Assembly (NCBI GenBank): GCA_009841265.1
Contig: VXMB01000009.1
Coordinates: 229,911-293,910, forward strand
DNA from: Gemmatimonadota bacterium
GTDB taxonomy: Bacteria > JAAXHH01
Direction: 5' to 3'
Length of the DNA stretch: 64,000 nucleotides
The notes under the pieces: model-generated
Databases searched by the model: none
What the model saw: the letters and a program-made list of their open reading frames with translations, nothing else
Told to the model about the DNA's origin: nothing
Shown here: in pieces, positions 19,229 to 28,440 of the stretch
Layout: the number at the start of each line of letters is the position of its first letter
How positions within the stretch are numbered: the first letter of the stretch is position 1
Program-made: the position numbers and the translations under genes

Positions 19229-21667
19229 TTACACGATGACCGGTGCGGGGTTCAATTCGGCCTCGGTCAGGGGTTGATTGCGAAAGCCCATGTCGACCGG
19301 CACGTCGTACAGGCGCCCCGGGGCGAATCTCGCCCAGAAATGGCGCATGCCCGGTACGATGACCCGCGCCACCGGCATGCCGATGTCCGGCCGGGTCTGG
19401 TCCAGCACGAGGAACTCCATGCCCCTGGCTTCGATCAGCGCGCGGCAGCAGTCCACGTCTTCCCGTGTATCCGCGGTCTCGATCGCCGGATACTGCGCGG
19501 CCTGCCTGAGCGGCGCGTCCGTCGACGGCGCCAGCCAGGCACAATCGGCGATTCGAGCCGTCTTCCACCAGTTTAGCGCCATGGGATCGTCGATCATGGG
19601 CTGGTTAGGTCGACCGGATCGGCCAGACTGTGCGGGCTGACCGGTTAGTCCGGACCGACCCGATTGACCGCCGCCTACGCTTCCACCGGGCCGGGGAAGC
19701 CACGTCAGGCACTGGTTCAACTCGCATAAGGCGCGCAGGGCCGCCAGTCGCGGGTCGGCATGGGCGCCCGCGCCGTATATGATGTCCTCGGTTTCCGCGT
19801 CCGGCCGCCGGGAAAGCGCAACGAAGGACGGAATGCCCGTATCGGACGTCACGTCGAGCATCCAGACCTCCCGCTCGCATCGTCCGTAATAGTCCGTGGC
19901 CGACGCGAGGAATGGGTCGTCAAAGCTGGAGAGATCCACCCCGGGGACGCTCAGCCGGTTATACCACCAGATGGCGAAGGCATCGCGCTCGACCAGTTCA
20001 TAGAAACCCTGCAGGATGGCCTCCTCCAGGGTGTTCCCCGCGGCGCAGCCGTTGGAATCGGCAATCACTTCGGCGGGTCCGCGCTGTTCCGGCGCCATGC
20101 TGTAGAGCATCGACGTCGGCAGGTATCGATGCCGTCCTTGCGTGAACGACCACACGGGCGTCCAGTCGATTTCGGCGGCGGGATTGAAACGAGGCGGGAC
20201 GATGTTGTAGGGGTGGCCTGCCGTGTTGATGCTTTCCGCGTTGTCGAGCTGGTCGTTACTGAACAACTGCACGTCGTTGGGGTGGATCGCCCGGTCTTCG
20301 GCGGCGAAATCGACGAATTGACCGCGGGTACGGATTTCGTCTCCGCTAAAAGCGCCTGAATGACGTTCGATCGCCTCGCAGAGGGCACTGGTCTCGGACT
20401 GTTCCCGCGTACTGCCCTTGCCGGCGCTTTTGCTGCGCAGGCTGCGCCTGAGCGAACTCAGGCTCCGGCTTCTCATACCGGGATTGCTCCCGGCCCAGTA
20501 GACGTGAAGCCAGGCGTCATGCTCACTGGTCGTGCGCGCCAGCCAGGTTACGATGCCGCTTACCGGGCTCACAAGGTGGCGGTATTGCGCCAGGGTGGCT
20601 TCCGGCGTCACGGCCCGCGCACCGCCGCTGTTGCGGTGGAGTTTGGGGCTGGCCTTGAGACGCAGCGGCACCGGCGGCCGGTCGGGCCGGTGCAGCGCTT
20701 CTTCGCCGCAGGCCGGACATTGCGGCCGGCGCAGGACCGTATGCGTCGAGCTCGCGACCGCGCCGACATGCAACGAAATTGCCTGTCCGTCGATCGGCGC
20801 CGATTCCTCCAGCACCAGCCACTTGACGATTTCAGCCGAAACCAGCCCGTATACCGCCTCAAGCGCGACAGGTTCGGCGGCGAACGGCTTGAAGGCGGCA
20901 TCCTCGCCGGCAACGTGCCGAAGGAACTGGTGGGCCTCCTTGTGGCCCCGTAGCCGGTGGGCCAGGCAGTCCCAGCAGGGGCCCTTCCGGTCCGCGTGAA
21001 AGACGGGTCCGAACAGCGCCTCCATGCCGTGCGGACGCACCAGCATCCACGGCGCTCCCGCCTCGAGCCGGCACCGATTCACCGCTGCAAACCGCGCGTC
21101 GAGGTAATCGTCGCATACGATAACCTTGAGCTGGACGTCGTCGTCGGCCACCACGTCGGCCACCACGCCGGCGCCGCTCGTTTCCAGCTGCCGGGACAGC
21201 CTTCCGTCGTCGCCGTCGACAGCGACGCGCGAATCCGCCAGCCGTTGTTCGACCCATCGGGGCGATGCGCCGAGGGACGTCCAGTATGCCGCCCGGGACC
21301 GGTCCATGCCATGATCGGCGGAGATGACATAGCCCCGGTCGGAGAGCGAAACGATCGCCGCGCGCACATCGGCCGCGGCATAGCGGCCCTCGAGGTCGGC
21401 GACGATGCCGGCCAGGGGACAGCGGCCGTCGAGAAGAGGAAGCAGATCGCAAAGCAGGGCGCCGTGCAGCAGTGTATCGAAGGACTCGGAAACCAGCAGC
21501 GTCTGCTGTGCGCCGATGACGTGGGATCGCAAGTGCGGGGTAAGCGCGGGAAGATCGACGAGGCCCAGGTCATCGGGGGTCGTTCTCGTGAGTTTCCCCT
21601 GGCGGGCATTCTTGCTGGTCGTCCCTGGCGTCCCGGGTTCCCGCGTCTTCTCGGCAGGCGCTTTCAT
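19229..21667 (-). CDS. fused E1-like docking domain / YcaO cyclodehydratase (TOMM heterocyclase, PatD/TruD-like architecture)
   Basis: 812 aa; N-terminal half with CxxC pairs (CWDC, QCPACG); C-terminal YcaO domain with LVSPVSGIV, SNGCAAGNTLEEAILQGFYELVERDA and a Pro-rich C-terminus; 4-nt overlap with the upstream gene. Confidence 0.8.
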   Translation of the reverse strand: MKAPAEKTREPGTPGTTSKNARQGKLTRTTPDDLGLVDLPALTPHLRSHVIGAQQTLLVSESFDTLLHGALLCDLLPLLDGRCPLAGIVADLEGRYAAADVRAAIVSLSDRGYVISADHGMDRSRAAYWTSLGASPRWVEQRLADSRVAVDGDDGRLSRQLETSGAGVVADVVADDDVQLKVIVCDDYLDARFAAVNRCRLEAGAPWMLVRPHGMEALFGPVFHADRKGPCWDCLAHRLRGHKEAHQFLRHVAGEDAAFKPFAAEPVALEAVYGLVSAEIVKWLVLEESAPIDGQAISLHVGAVASSTHTVLRRPQCPACGEEALHRPDRPPVPLRLKASPKLHRNSGGARAVTPEATLAQYRHLVSPVSGIVTWLARTTSEHDAWLHVYWAGSNPGMRSRSLSSLRRSLRSKSAGKGSTREQSETSALCEAIERHSGAFSGDEIRTRGQFVDFAAEDRAIHPNDVQLFSNDQLDNAESINTAGHPYNIVPPRFNPAAEIDWTPVWSFTQGRHRYLPTSMLYSMAPEQRGPAEVIADSNGCAAGNTLEEAILQGFYELVERDAFAIWWYNRLSVPGVDLSSFDDPFLASATDYYGRCEREVWMLDVTSDTGIPSFVALSRRPDAETEDIIYGAGAHADPRLAALRALCELNQCLTWLPRPGGSVGGGQSGRSGLTGQPAQSGRSGRPNQPMIDDPMALNWWKTARIADCAWLAPSTDAPLRQAAQYPAIETADTREDVDCCRALIEARGMEFLVLDQTRPDIGMPVARVIVPGMRHFWARFAPGRLYDVPVDMGFRNQPLTEAELNPAPVIV

Positions 21668-24105
21668 GCGTGTGCGGCGAGCGTATCGATCCGGGCGGCG
21701 GCGCGGGTGGCGGTTTCGTCGACCGCCGACGCCAGCGCATCGAAGTCCTGCTGCCCGCAGGCGTTCGCCACCAGGGATTTGACCTTCGCTCCCGCCGTTG
21801 CCGCGTCGAATCCGTCCTCTCCGACCAGCCGCATGACCCCCTGCAAGTCACGCCACAGGTTAGCGGCTTGCGCCAGCGGCTCGTCGCCGGCGGCATCGAA
21901 CACCGCCACGGCGGACGGCGCAGGATCGTCGAGGAAGTCACCGGCACGGTTCAACTGCAGGAAGCGCGCGGCCTGCTCGACATCGTTCAATCCGCCGGGC
22001 ATCTGGGCGTATGCGGACACACTCGTCTCTGCGCGGCCTGCCGGCTGTCCGCCCGATCCGGCGTACACCGCCGCGTCCGTACTGCATTCGGCCAGGACCC
22101 GGCGCCGCGCATCATCAAAGCGGCTTCCGATGCCGGAACCCTCGGTCTCGAAGACACAACGGGTCCGGGTGAGCACGGGAACCCCGCCGGAAGCCGGGTC
22201 ACGGGCTTGCTCGGCCAGATCGGAGAGCGATACCGCTGGCATGGCCTCCACGCCGGCGGAGACCGGGGAGAACAACAGGTTGTCCTGCGCCAGGTCGGCC
22301 AGGGCCTTGCGGAAACTCCGGCACAGGCGTTCATTCGCGCCGGACTGCGCGCCGTCATGGACGAACAGCATGTCGACCGCTACGCCGGGATAGGCTTCCC
22401 GGCTGGCCAGATCACCCAGGAAGATGGCGGCGACCTCGCCCACGCTGTCCGTGCCGTACCGCTCGCCGAAATCCGCCACCACGGAGGCAAGCACCGTCGA
22501 AACCGACGCTTCGGAGAGATTGGACAGCGCCGTCCGCGCCTCCGCCGGGAGCAGGTTTCCGCGCACCACGTGCATGCCGATCTGAAACGCCTTGTCGTTC
22601 GACCAGTTCCGCACGATCTCGGCGGTTTCCCTCGCGTCGACCACGGGCAACTCGACGATCAGGTCCTTCATTTCCTGAACGCCCATTTCGTAGGTCCAGT
22701 AGACCCGTGCAAGCCCGCGCCTTGCGATCGACTCGAACTCCTCGTCCTGCTCGAATCCCTTGGGCAGGTCGAGATCGAGGAATTCCTGTTCCTGCAGGTT
22801 ATCCAGGAGCTCCGGGTTCCGTTCGATCCATTTCGCGAGCCGCGGCGCGGCGCCAAATATCTCGACGATCATGTCAAAGGCGTCGGGACGCTTCGCGGCA
22901 AGGGGACTGTCGTAGACGCTCCAGTCTTCGATCTCCGGGTAGAAGTGCTTGCGCCACTGGTCCACCAGCGGGTCCATCTTTTCAAACCACTTTTTGGGCT
23001 TCAGGACGATGTTCATCATATCGGAGTAGGTGCCTGGCAGTTCCGGCGATTCGTCGAGACTGACCTGCAGCAGGGGATACTGGCGGGATGCCACCGCGTG
23101 ATGGTCGGCATGTCGCTGCGCATTGAAAAGCATCCAGTTGCTGAACTTCCAGTCGGCACTCCAGGAATGGCGGGGCATGATCTTCTCCCACCGGCCGTTT
23201 TCCAGGCGGACCCGGCGCAGGCCGTAGTGCTGGAAGTAGTTGCTGATCTTCATCGAAAAGACGCAGGACAGGCCGAGGAAGGCGAAGACCGGGACCGCCC
23301 AGATCCCGCCCATCCAGAAAACCAGTGCGTACCAGAACGCGACGCCGAAGCCGTAGCGCCAGAAGGGATTGCTGTAATGCCACATGGTCCGGCGGCGCCG
23401 TGCCAGGCGTTCTCGTGCCACTTCCCATGAATTGACGAGGTTGCTGACGATTTCCTTGGGCATGTACCGCCAGAAACTCTCCCCCTTCGGCGCGGACCCC
23501 ACGTCGTAGGGCGTGCCGACCAGGGCGTGGTGGATATAGACGTGCTCCGTGGCATACTGCGGATAGGAAGCGGAAGACAGCAGGAACTCGCCGATCCGGC
23601 GTTCCCAGGTCGTGCGCCGGTGAATCAGTTCGTGGCCTACCACGAACACGGCCTGTGCTTCCATCGTCAGTATGATGGCCAGCACAACGTCCTGCCACCA
23701 GACGAAGGGATCCGCCACCAGGATCTGCCACAGGCCGAAGACCAGGGTGGGCGGCCACAGAAACGCCCATGACCAGACCGGCAGATTGTGCCAGATCAGG
23801 CGGTGTTTCGGCGTCTTCCACGGATCCATTATGCGTCCGTCCCGTCCGAACACCCGGTCGAAGGACCAGGAAAGACTCATGAAGACCATGGGCGGCAGGA
23901 GCCACCATCCGCCCCACAACGCGGCGAGCAGAATCAACGGGAAAACGCCCAGCGGCAGGTAATGCGGGAGGGCGGTCAGGATGGACGGCTCGATCTCCTG
24001 CGTTGCATCGGCCTGGCCCGGTCCGGTGCCATTGGTTTCAGCGCGGTCGATTTCAACTGGATTTTGTGACATGGCTACACCTCCTTGGTCAGCATAACCT
24101 GGCAC
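21664..24105 (-). CDS. fusion: AlkB-like integral-membrane di-iron hydroxylase/desaturase (N) + GlnE-like nucleotidyltransferase domain (C)
   Basis: 813 aa; His boxes HELIHRR, EHVYIHH, NYFQHYGL and LFNAQRHADHHA align with the AlkB HELGHK/EHNRGHH/NYIEHYGL/LQRHSDHHA motifs; C-terminal FLGDLASREAYPGVAVDMLFVHDG matches the GlnE/GlnD NTase motif G-x-L-x-x-RE...D-x-D-L-x-F. Confidence 0.65.
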   Translation of the reverse strand: MPGYADQGGVAMSQNPVEIDRAETNGTGPGQADATQEIEPSILTALPHYLPLGVFPLILLAALWGGWWLLPPMVFMSLSWSFDRVFGRDGRIMDPWKTPKHRLIWHNLPVWSWAFLWPPTLVFGLWQILVADPFVWWQDVVLAIILTMEAQAVFVVGHELIHRRTTWERRIGEFLLSSASYPQYATEHVYIHHALVGTPYDVGSAPKGESFWRYMPKEIVSNLVNSWEVARERLARRRRTMWHYSNPFWRYGFGVAFWYALVFWMGGIWAVPVFAFLGLSCVFSMKISNYFQHYGLRRVRLENGRWEKIMPRHSWSADWKFSNWMLFNAQRHADHHAVASRQYPLLQVSLDESPELPGTYSDMMNIVLKPKKWFEKMDPLVDQWRKHFYPEIEDWSVYDSPLAAKRPDAFDMIVEIFGAAPRLAKWIERNPELLDNLQEQEFLDLDLPKGFEQDEEFESIARRGLARVYWTYEMGVQEMKDLIVELPVVDARETAEIVRNWSNDKAFQIGMHVVRGNLLPAEARTALSNLSEASVSTVLASVVADFGERYGTDSVGEVAAIFLGDLASREAYPGVAVDMLFVHDGAQSGANERLCRSFRKALADLAQDNLLFSPVSAGVEAMPAVSLSDLAEQARDPASGGVPVLTRTRCVFETEGSGIGSRFDDARRRVLAECSTDAAVYAGSGGQPAGRAETSVSAYAQMPGGLNDVEQAARFLQLNRAGDFLDDPAPSAVAVFDAAGDEPLAQAANLWRDLQGVMRLVGEDGFDAATAGAKVKSLVANACGQQDFDALASAVDETATRAAARIDTLAAHA

Positions 24106-24136
24106 CTGCGCGGGCGTTTTCTCGTCACCGCAAGAC

Positions 24137-25438
24137 TCAGGTTCGCAGGAAGGCGGCTAAACGCTCGAGCGCTTCGATACAGAACGCGGTGGTCACGGCT
24201 TCGGAGCCATGGCCTATTTGTCCTACCGCGCCGAACTTCAGTGTCTGATCGCCGAAGGCGAGCAGTTCCGGCCAACTGCCGTCCCCGCGTTGCGCGGTCA
24301 GGATGCGCCTCAACGGCCGCGTCGCGTCGGTCCTTTCCAGGCATCCCGCGTCGCAGAGCGTCGACACGGCCTGGGCGGTCTGCAGGACGTTGCCGTAACC
24401 GCCCTCTTCGTCCGCCAGGCCCAGGACACGATCCGCGAGGACCGGGCGCAGCCGATCCAGGGCGGGCGACACGCGTCGCACGGCCCGGGCGACCGCGTAA
24501 CAGATCGCGATCTCGTCGGGGTACCACTTGGACGCGTCCTTGAGATCGCCTTCGGTGATCAGCGCCTCCAGCCATCGCTGGGCATCCCTGGTTTCCGGGC
24601 AGTCGCCGAGCCAGGCGATGACGTTTGCGTTGACTACGGGGTCGGCTTCGATGCGAAATCGCGACACGACATCGGGTTCGTCGCCCTCCAGCATCCAGGT
24701 CATGAAGCGGCCTTCCCCATCGCGGTTCGCCAGTATCCGAGGTATGTTCCTCCCCAGCAGGATCCAGGGGTGCGTTCCGATCACCAGGGAACAGAGCGAG
24801 GTGCTGTCGAGATCCTGGGGAAGATGACGGTAATAGCGCCAGAATCCGGGATATTCGATGGTGTCGACCAGATAAGTGCTGGTCGCGGTGCAGATGGATC
24901 TGGCCTTCGCTTCCCGGCAATTTTCCAGGGCAAGGACGCAGAACGCCGAAATGAAGGGAGGCCTTTCGAAGTGCCGCGGCACCTTCGGATCGGCCACGTT
25001 GAACCGGATGCAGTGCCAGGCGCCATGCTCGTCTATCGTCGACTCAAGGAAGTCAAGGCCACGGCGGATGCTTTCTCTGGCCGCTTCCGCCAGCACCTCG
25101 GCGCCGGCGTCGCTACCGGGGACGCGCCCCGCCTCGTCACCCGGCGGCCGTAGGGGCGGGGCGGGATCGTGCATGGTCTTGCGCAGAAACGCGAAGGACG
25201 ACGCGCCGGTGCGCGCCTCCTCCCGTTCCTCCCTGGTAAATCGGTTGCGAGGGGGCAGGACGATATGGGTCGCGGCGGCGGTCTCTTCGTGCACGTGAAT
25301 CTCGTGGTCTTCAGCCATCGTCACGCCGAACTCCTGCTCGATGGTCTCTTTGGGCCTGGCAAGGAGACGTTTCCTCAATTCGTCGTCGTCGCCCGCTTTC
25401 AAGATAAGTAAATCGACCGCATTAGAGGACTTTTTCAT
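24137..25438 (-). CDS. NHLP-leader-like N-terminal domain fused to an alpha/alpha-toroid (prenyltransferase/terpene-cyclase-like repeat) domain
   Basis: 433 aa; the N-terminus DLLILKAGDDDELRKRLLARPKETIEQEFGVTMAEDHEIHVHEETAAATHIVLPP is NHLP-like but has no GG/core; the C-terminus carries repeated ...EEGGYGN...Q / ...RGDGSWPE...G-hairpin-like motifs. Confidence 0.55.
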   Translation of the reverse strand: MKKSSNAVDLLILKAGDDDELRKRLLARPKETIEQEFGVTMAEDHEIHVHEETAAATHIVLPPRNRFTREEREEARTGASSFAFLRKTMHDPAPPLRPPGDEAGRVPGSDAGAEVLAEAARESIRRGLDFLESTIDEHGAWHCIRFNVADPKVPRHFERPPFISAFCVLALENCREAKARSICTATSTYLVDTIEYPGFWRYYRHLPQDLDSTSLCSLVIGTHPWILLGRNIPRILANRDGEGRFMTWMLEGDEPDVVSRFRIEADPVVNANVIAWLGDCPETRDAQRWLEALITEGDLKDASKWYPDEIAICYAVARAVRRVSPALDRLRPVLADRVLGLADEEGGYGNVLQTAQAVSTLCDAGCLERTDATRPLRRILTAQRGDGSWPELLAFGDQTLKFGAVGQIGHGSEAVTTAFCIEALERLAAFLRT

Positions 25439-25488
25439 GAACGTCTGCTCCGTTTACACGGGTCTTGTCCGAACGTGCGGCGTGCGGA

Positions 25489-28440
25489 TCAGGCGATTTG
25501 CCGCCTGATCAGTTCCTTGAATACCCCGTCGGTCTCCTTCAGTTCGTTGAAAGAGCCGCTTTGGACGACCTTGCCGGCTTTCAGCACGTAGATGCGATCG
25601 GCCTGCTCGAGCGTGGACAGGCGATGGGCGATGACGAGGCGAGTGGAAGTCAGCGCGGCCAGGTTCCGCATCACGCTGGACTGGTTCTCGTTGTCCAGCC
25701 AGTTCGTCGCCTCGTCGAACAACATGATACGCGGGCTGCCGATCACCGAGCGGGCGATCGTGATGCGCTGGCTCTCGCCGCCCGACAGAACGGAACCGCT
25801 GGTGCCCACCATGGTCATCATGCCCATGGGCATGGCCTTGATCTGGTCTTCGACCTCGGCGGTCCGGACCGCCGCCCATACTTCATCGGTCGACACGCCT
25901 TCATAGTGGCTGACGAGGTTGTCCCAGAGATCCTGGGGATGGAGTCCGACCGATTGGGGTACCGCGCCGATCTTCCGGCGCACCTGTTTCAGATTCAGGT
26001 GCCTCAGGTCGCGCCCGTCGTAGTATACCGCCCCGGCGGTCGGCCAGTCGATGCCGAGCGCAAGCCGGAACAGGGTGCTCTTCCCGGCGCCGGATTCCCC
26101 GGCAATGGCGACGAATTCGCCGGGATGAGCGCGAATCGTTACGTCGTCGAGGATCAGTGGTCCGTCGGCGTCGTAGCGGAAAGAAACATGATCGAACAGG
26201 ATGTCCCCGCCCAGGTATTCGACCGGTTCGCCTTCCGTACCCGTCTCAGGCGCCGCCGAAAGCAGCGGACGCATCTGCTCGAAGGCCGGCAGCATGGAGG
26301 CCAGGGCGCCGATGGACTCGCCGAGCCGGGCGATGGTGGACTGAAACACGATGAAGACCGTGTAAACGACGAGAAAATCGCCGACCGGCATGTTGCGATC
26401 TCCCGCCTCCATTACCGTGAACAGGAGCACGCCGGCGGCAAGGAATGGCAGTGCGGCACCAAATGCCCGAGAATGCCCCTCCAGTGCGCCCAGTTCGATC
26501 TCCGCGCGCTTCTGTGCGCGATAATCCCGTGCCCAGATGGCGTAAGCCGAACCTTCCGCGTTATCCATGCGCAGCTTGGAAATGCCCCCCACGATCTGGA
26601 AGAGCCGGCCGGCCACGCGCCGGGCCGCCCTGATCATCCATCCGTATGGAGAGATCTGGCGCAATCCCAGCACCAGGGTGACCAGCAGCGAAACCAGGCT
26701 GAAGAGGAGGGTGACGATCCCGAGGGTGGTGTCGTAGAAGAAGATGACGCCGAAAACCGGAAGCAGGAATACCAGCGACAGGAAACAGTTGGCGACGACC
26801 CCCCGCAATCCGTCGCGGAGTTGCTGAAAGGTCATTCCCGACATGGCCAGGTCGCCCGCCGGATTGCGGTGCAGCATGCCGGGTGGAAGACGCATGAGAC
26901 GGTCCCAGAAGGCGGCTTCGACTCGGGAGGCCGAGCGCCCCTCCAGCCGCATCATCGCCATGTTCTGGAGCAGGTGCAGCATTGCGCCGAGCAGGCCGAA
27001 GGCCGCAATCGCCACGGCGACCGCGTATAGCATTCCAGCGCTTCCACCCGTCGTGATGTGGTTCGCTACGTACCCGAGGGCGAGCGCCGGCAGCAGCCGG
27101 ATCATGCCGTATGGAAGCCCGGCGATCACCATCCGTGCCCAGTCCGAGGCCGAGCCGCGCAGGGCGATGCCCAGCAGGTCCGCCGGTTTCACACCCCTTG
27201 CCGGCAGGGGCTGATAGAACATCCAGGCCTCTTCCGCCAGCGCGTCCGAACCGGCCAGGCGGGCCGCCGAGACCCGTGTGCGTCGATTGCCGGCCGGGTC
27301 AATTTGACGGTATCGTCCGAACATGCCCGGCAGCAGCGCCACGGGCCGACCGTCGTCGGCGCGGTAGGCCAGCAGCGCGTTGCTGTCACCGTGCCACCAG
27401 CGGTCCTCGGCGTTGAAACGCACGCGCCGGGCGCGCACGCCGGAAGCGTCAAGTATGTCCACGAGGCCGACGGGGGTTTCGGATTGGCCCGATCGCGCCG
27501 GGATCTTGAAATCGATGCCTTCATGACGGCCGATCAGCTGCAGGGCATCCGCAAGTGCCGTATCCTCGGCACCGTCATCCCGGTCGGTCGGAAGGTCGTA
27601 GATATTGTAGAGTCGCTGACGCGCGGTGTTCTCGGCCGTTCGGCGGCTCGCTGTCCGCGCCCGTTCGAGATTGACGGCATCTACAACGACCAGCCGGCGG
27701 TTCAGGCGCTCCAGGGTGAATGCGACCGCGTGGAACGAGGCGAGTGCCGCCAGCAGCCTGCCCTGCCGGGCCAGTGTTTCCGTTGACTGACCGGTCAGCG
27801 TCGCCTCGTCGACCAGGGTGAGCCAACTCGTCCGGGCCAGCGGGATGACCGTCTCGTGGGGGCTGCCCGTCTCCGCAAGTTCCGCCGTGTCGACGATCCC
27901 CATGAACAGGCCCGCGCCGGACGGCGGTTCAGAGATCCATACCACGCCGCGACGGACGGACAACGTACAGGGCGCCAGCGTCTGCGTCAGGCCGGGTTCG
28001 GCCAGCGCGGTCGGACGGGGAGGGGGGATGGCGAAACGCGCCAGCGTCTCCGTAATGGCGGTCAGCCACGTGTCGGTCTGTTCCGCCAGTTCCGCTGGAT
28101 CCACCCGGGACAGCAGGGAAGCCGGCAGACGCTTGAGCAGGGTGCCCGGCATTCCCCTGGCGATGATACTGAGCGTGGTGTCTGTTTCACCGCCCAACCG
28201 GTGCGGCGCGACCCCCGGCAGCAGCCAGCCCGATTCCCGGCGCAATAAGTGCTGCGGCGCCGCCTGCTCCGTCCCGTTTTTGAGTTCGACCAGGAACAGG
28301 TTGACGACGCCCTGGTCGATGAACCAGACGCTGTCCCGGTCGTCGAGGTAGACGGGCAGGTTACCTGCGCAGGGCACGGATTCGCCGAAGCGATCGGCGA
28401 GTTCGGCCAATGGCGAGTATTTCGGTTCGTTGGGCTGCAT
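25489..28440 (-). CDS. NHLM-type bacteriocin ABC transporter, second ATP-binding/permease subunit with a cNMP-binding-like N-domain (no peptidase)
   Basis: 983 aa; N-terminal ~150 aa non-peptidase domain, 6-TM permease, Walker A GESGAGKST, signature LSGGESQRITIARS, Walker B IMLFDEAT. Confidence 0.75.
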   Translation of the reverse strand: MQPNEPKYSPLAELADRFGESVPCAGNLPVYLDDRDSVWFIDQGVVNLFLVELKNGTEQAAPQHLLRRESGWLLPGVAPHRLGGETDTTLSIIARGMPGTLLKRLPASLLSRVDPAELAEQTDTWLTAITETLARFAIPPPRPTALAEPGLTQTLAPCTLSVRRGVVWISEPPSGAGLFMGIVDTAELAETGSPHETVIPLARTSWLTLVDEATLTGQSTETLARQGRLLAALASFHAVAFTLERLNRRLVVVDAVNLERARTASRRTAENTARQRLYNIYDLPTDRDDGAEDTALADALQLIGRHEGIDFKIPARSGQSETPVGLVDILDASGVRARRVRFNAEDRWWHGDSNALLAYRADDGRPVALLPGMFGRYRQIDPAGNRRTRVSAARLAGSDALAEEAWMFYQPLPARGVKPADLLGIALRGSASDWARMVIAGLPYGMIRLLPALALGYVANHITTGGSAGMLYAVAVAIAAFGLLGAMLHLLQNMAMMRLEGRSASRVEAAFWDRLMRLPPGMLHRNPAGDLAMSGMTFQQLRDGLRGVVANCFLSLVFLLPVFGVIFFYDTTLGIVTLLFSLVSLLVTLVLGLRQISPYGWMIRAARRVAGRLFQIVGGISKLRMDNAEGSAYAIWARDYRAQKRAEIELGALEGHSRAFGAALPFLAAGVLLFTVMEAGDRNMPVGDFLVVYTVFIVFQSTIARLGESIGALASMLPAFEQMRPLLSAAPETGTEGEPVEYLGGDILFDHVSFRYDADGPLILDDVTIRAHPGEFVAIAGESGAGKSTLFRLALGIDWPTAGAVYYDGRDLRHLNLKQVRRKIGAVPQSVGLHPQDLWDNLVSHYEGVSTDEVWAAVRTAEVEDQIKAMPMGMMTMVGTSGSVLSGGESQRITIARSVIGSPRIMLFDEATNWLDNENQSSVMRNLAALTSTRLVIAHRLSTLEQADRIYVLKAGKVVQSGSFNELKETDGVFKELIRRQIA

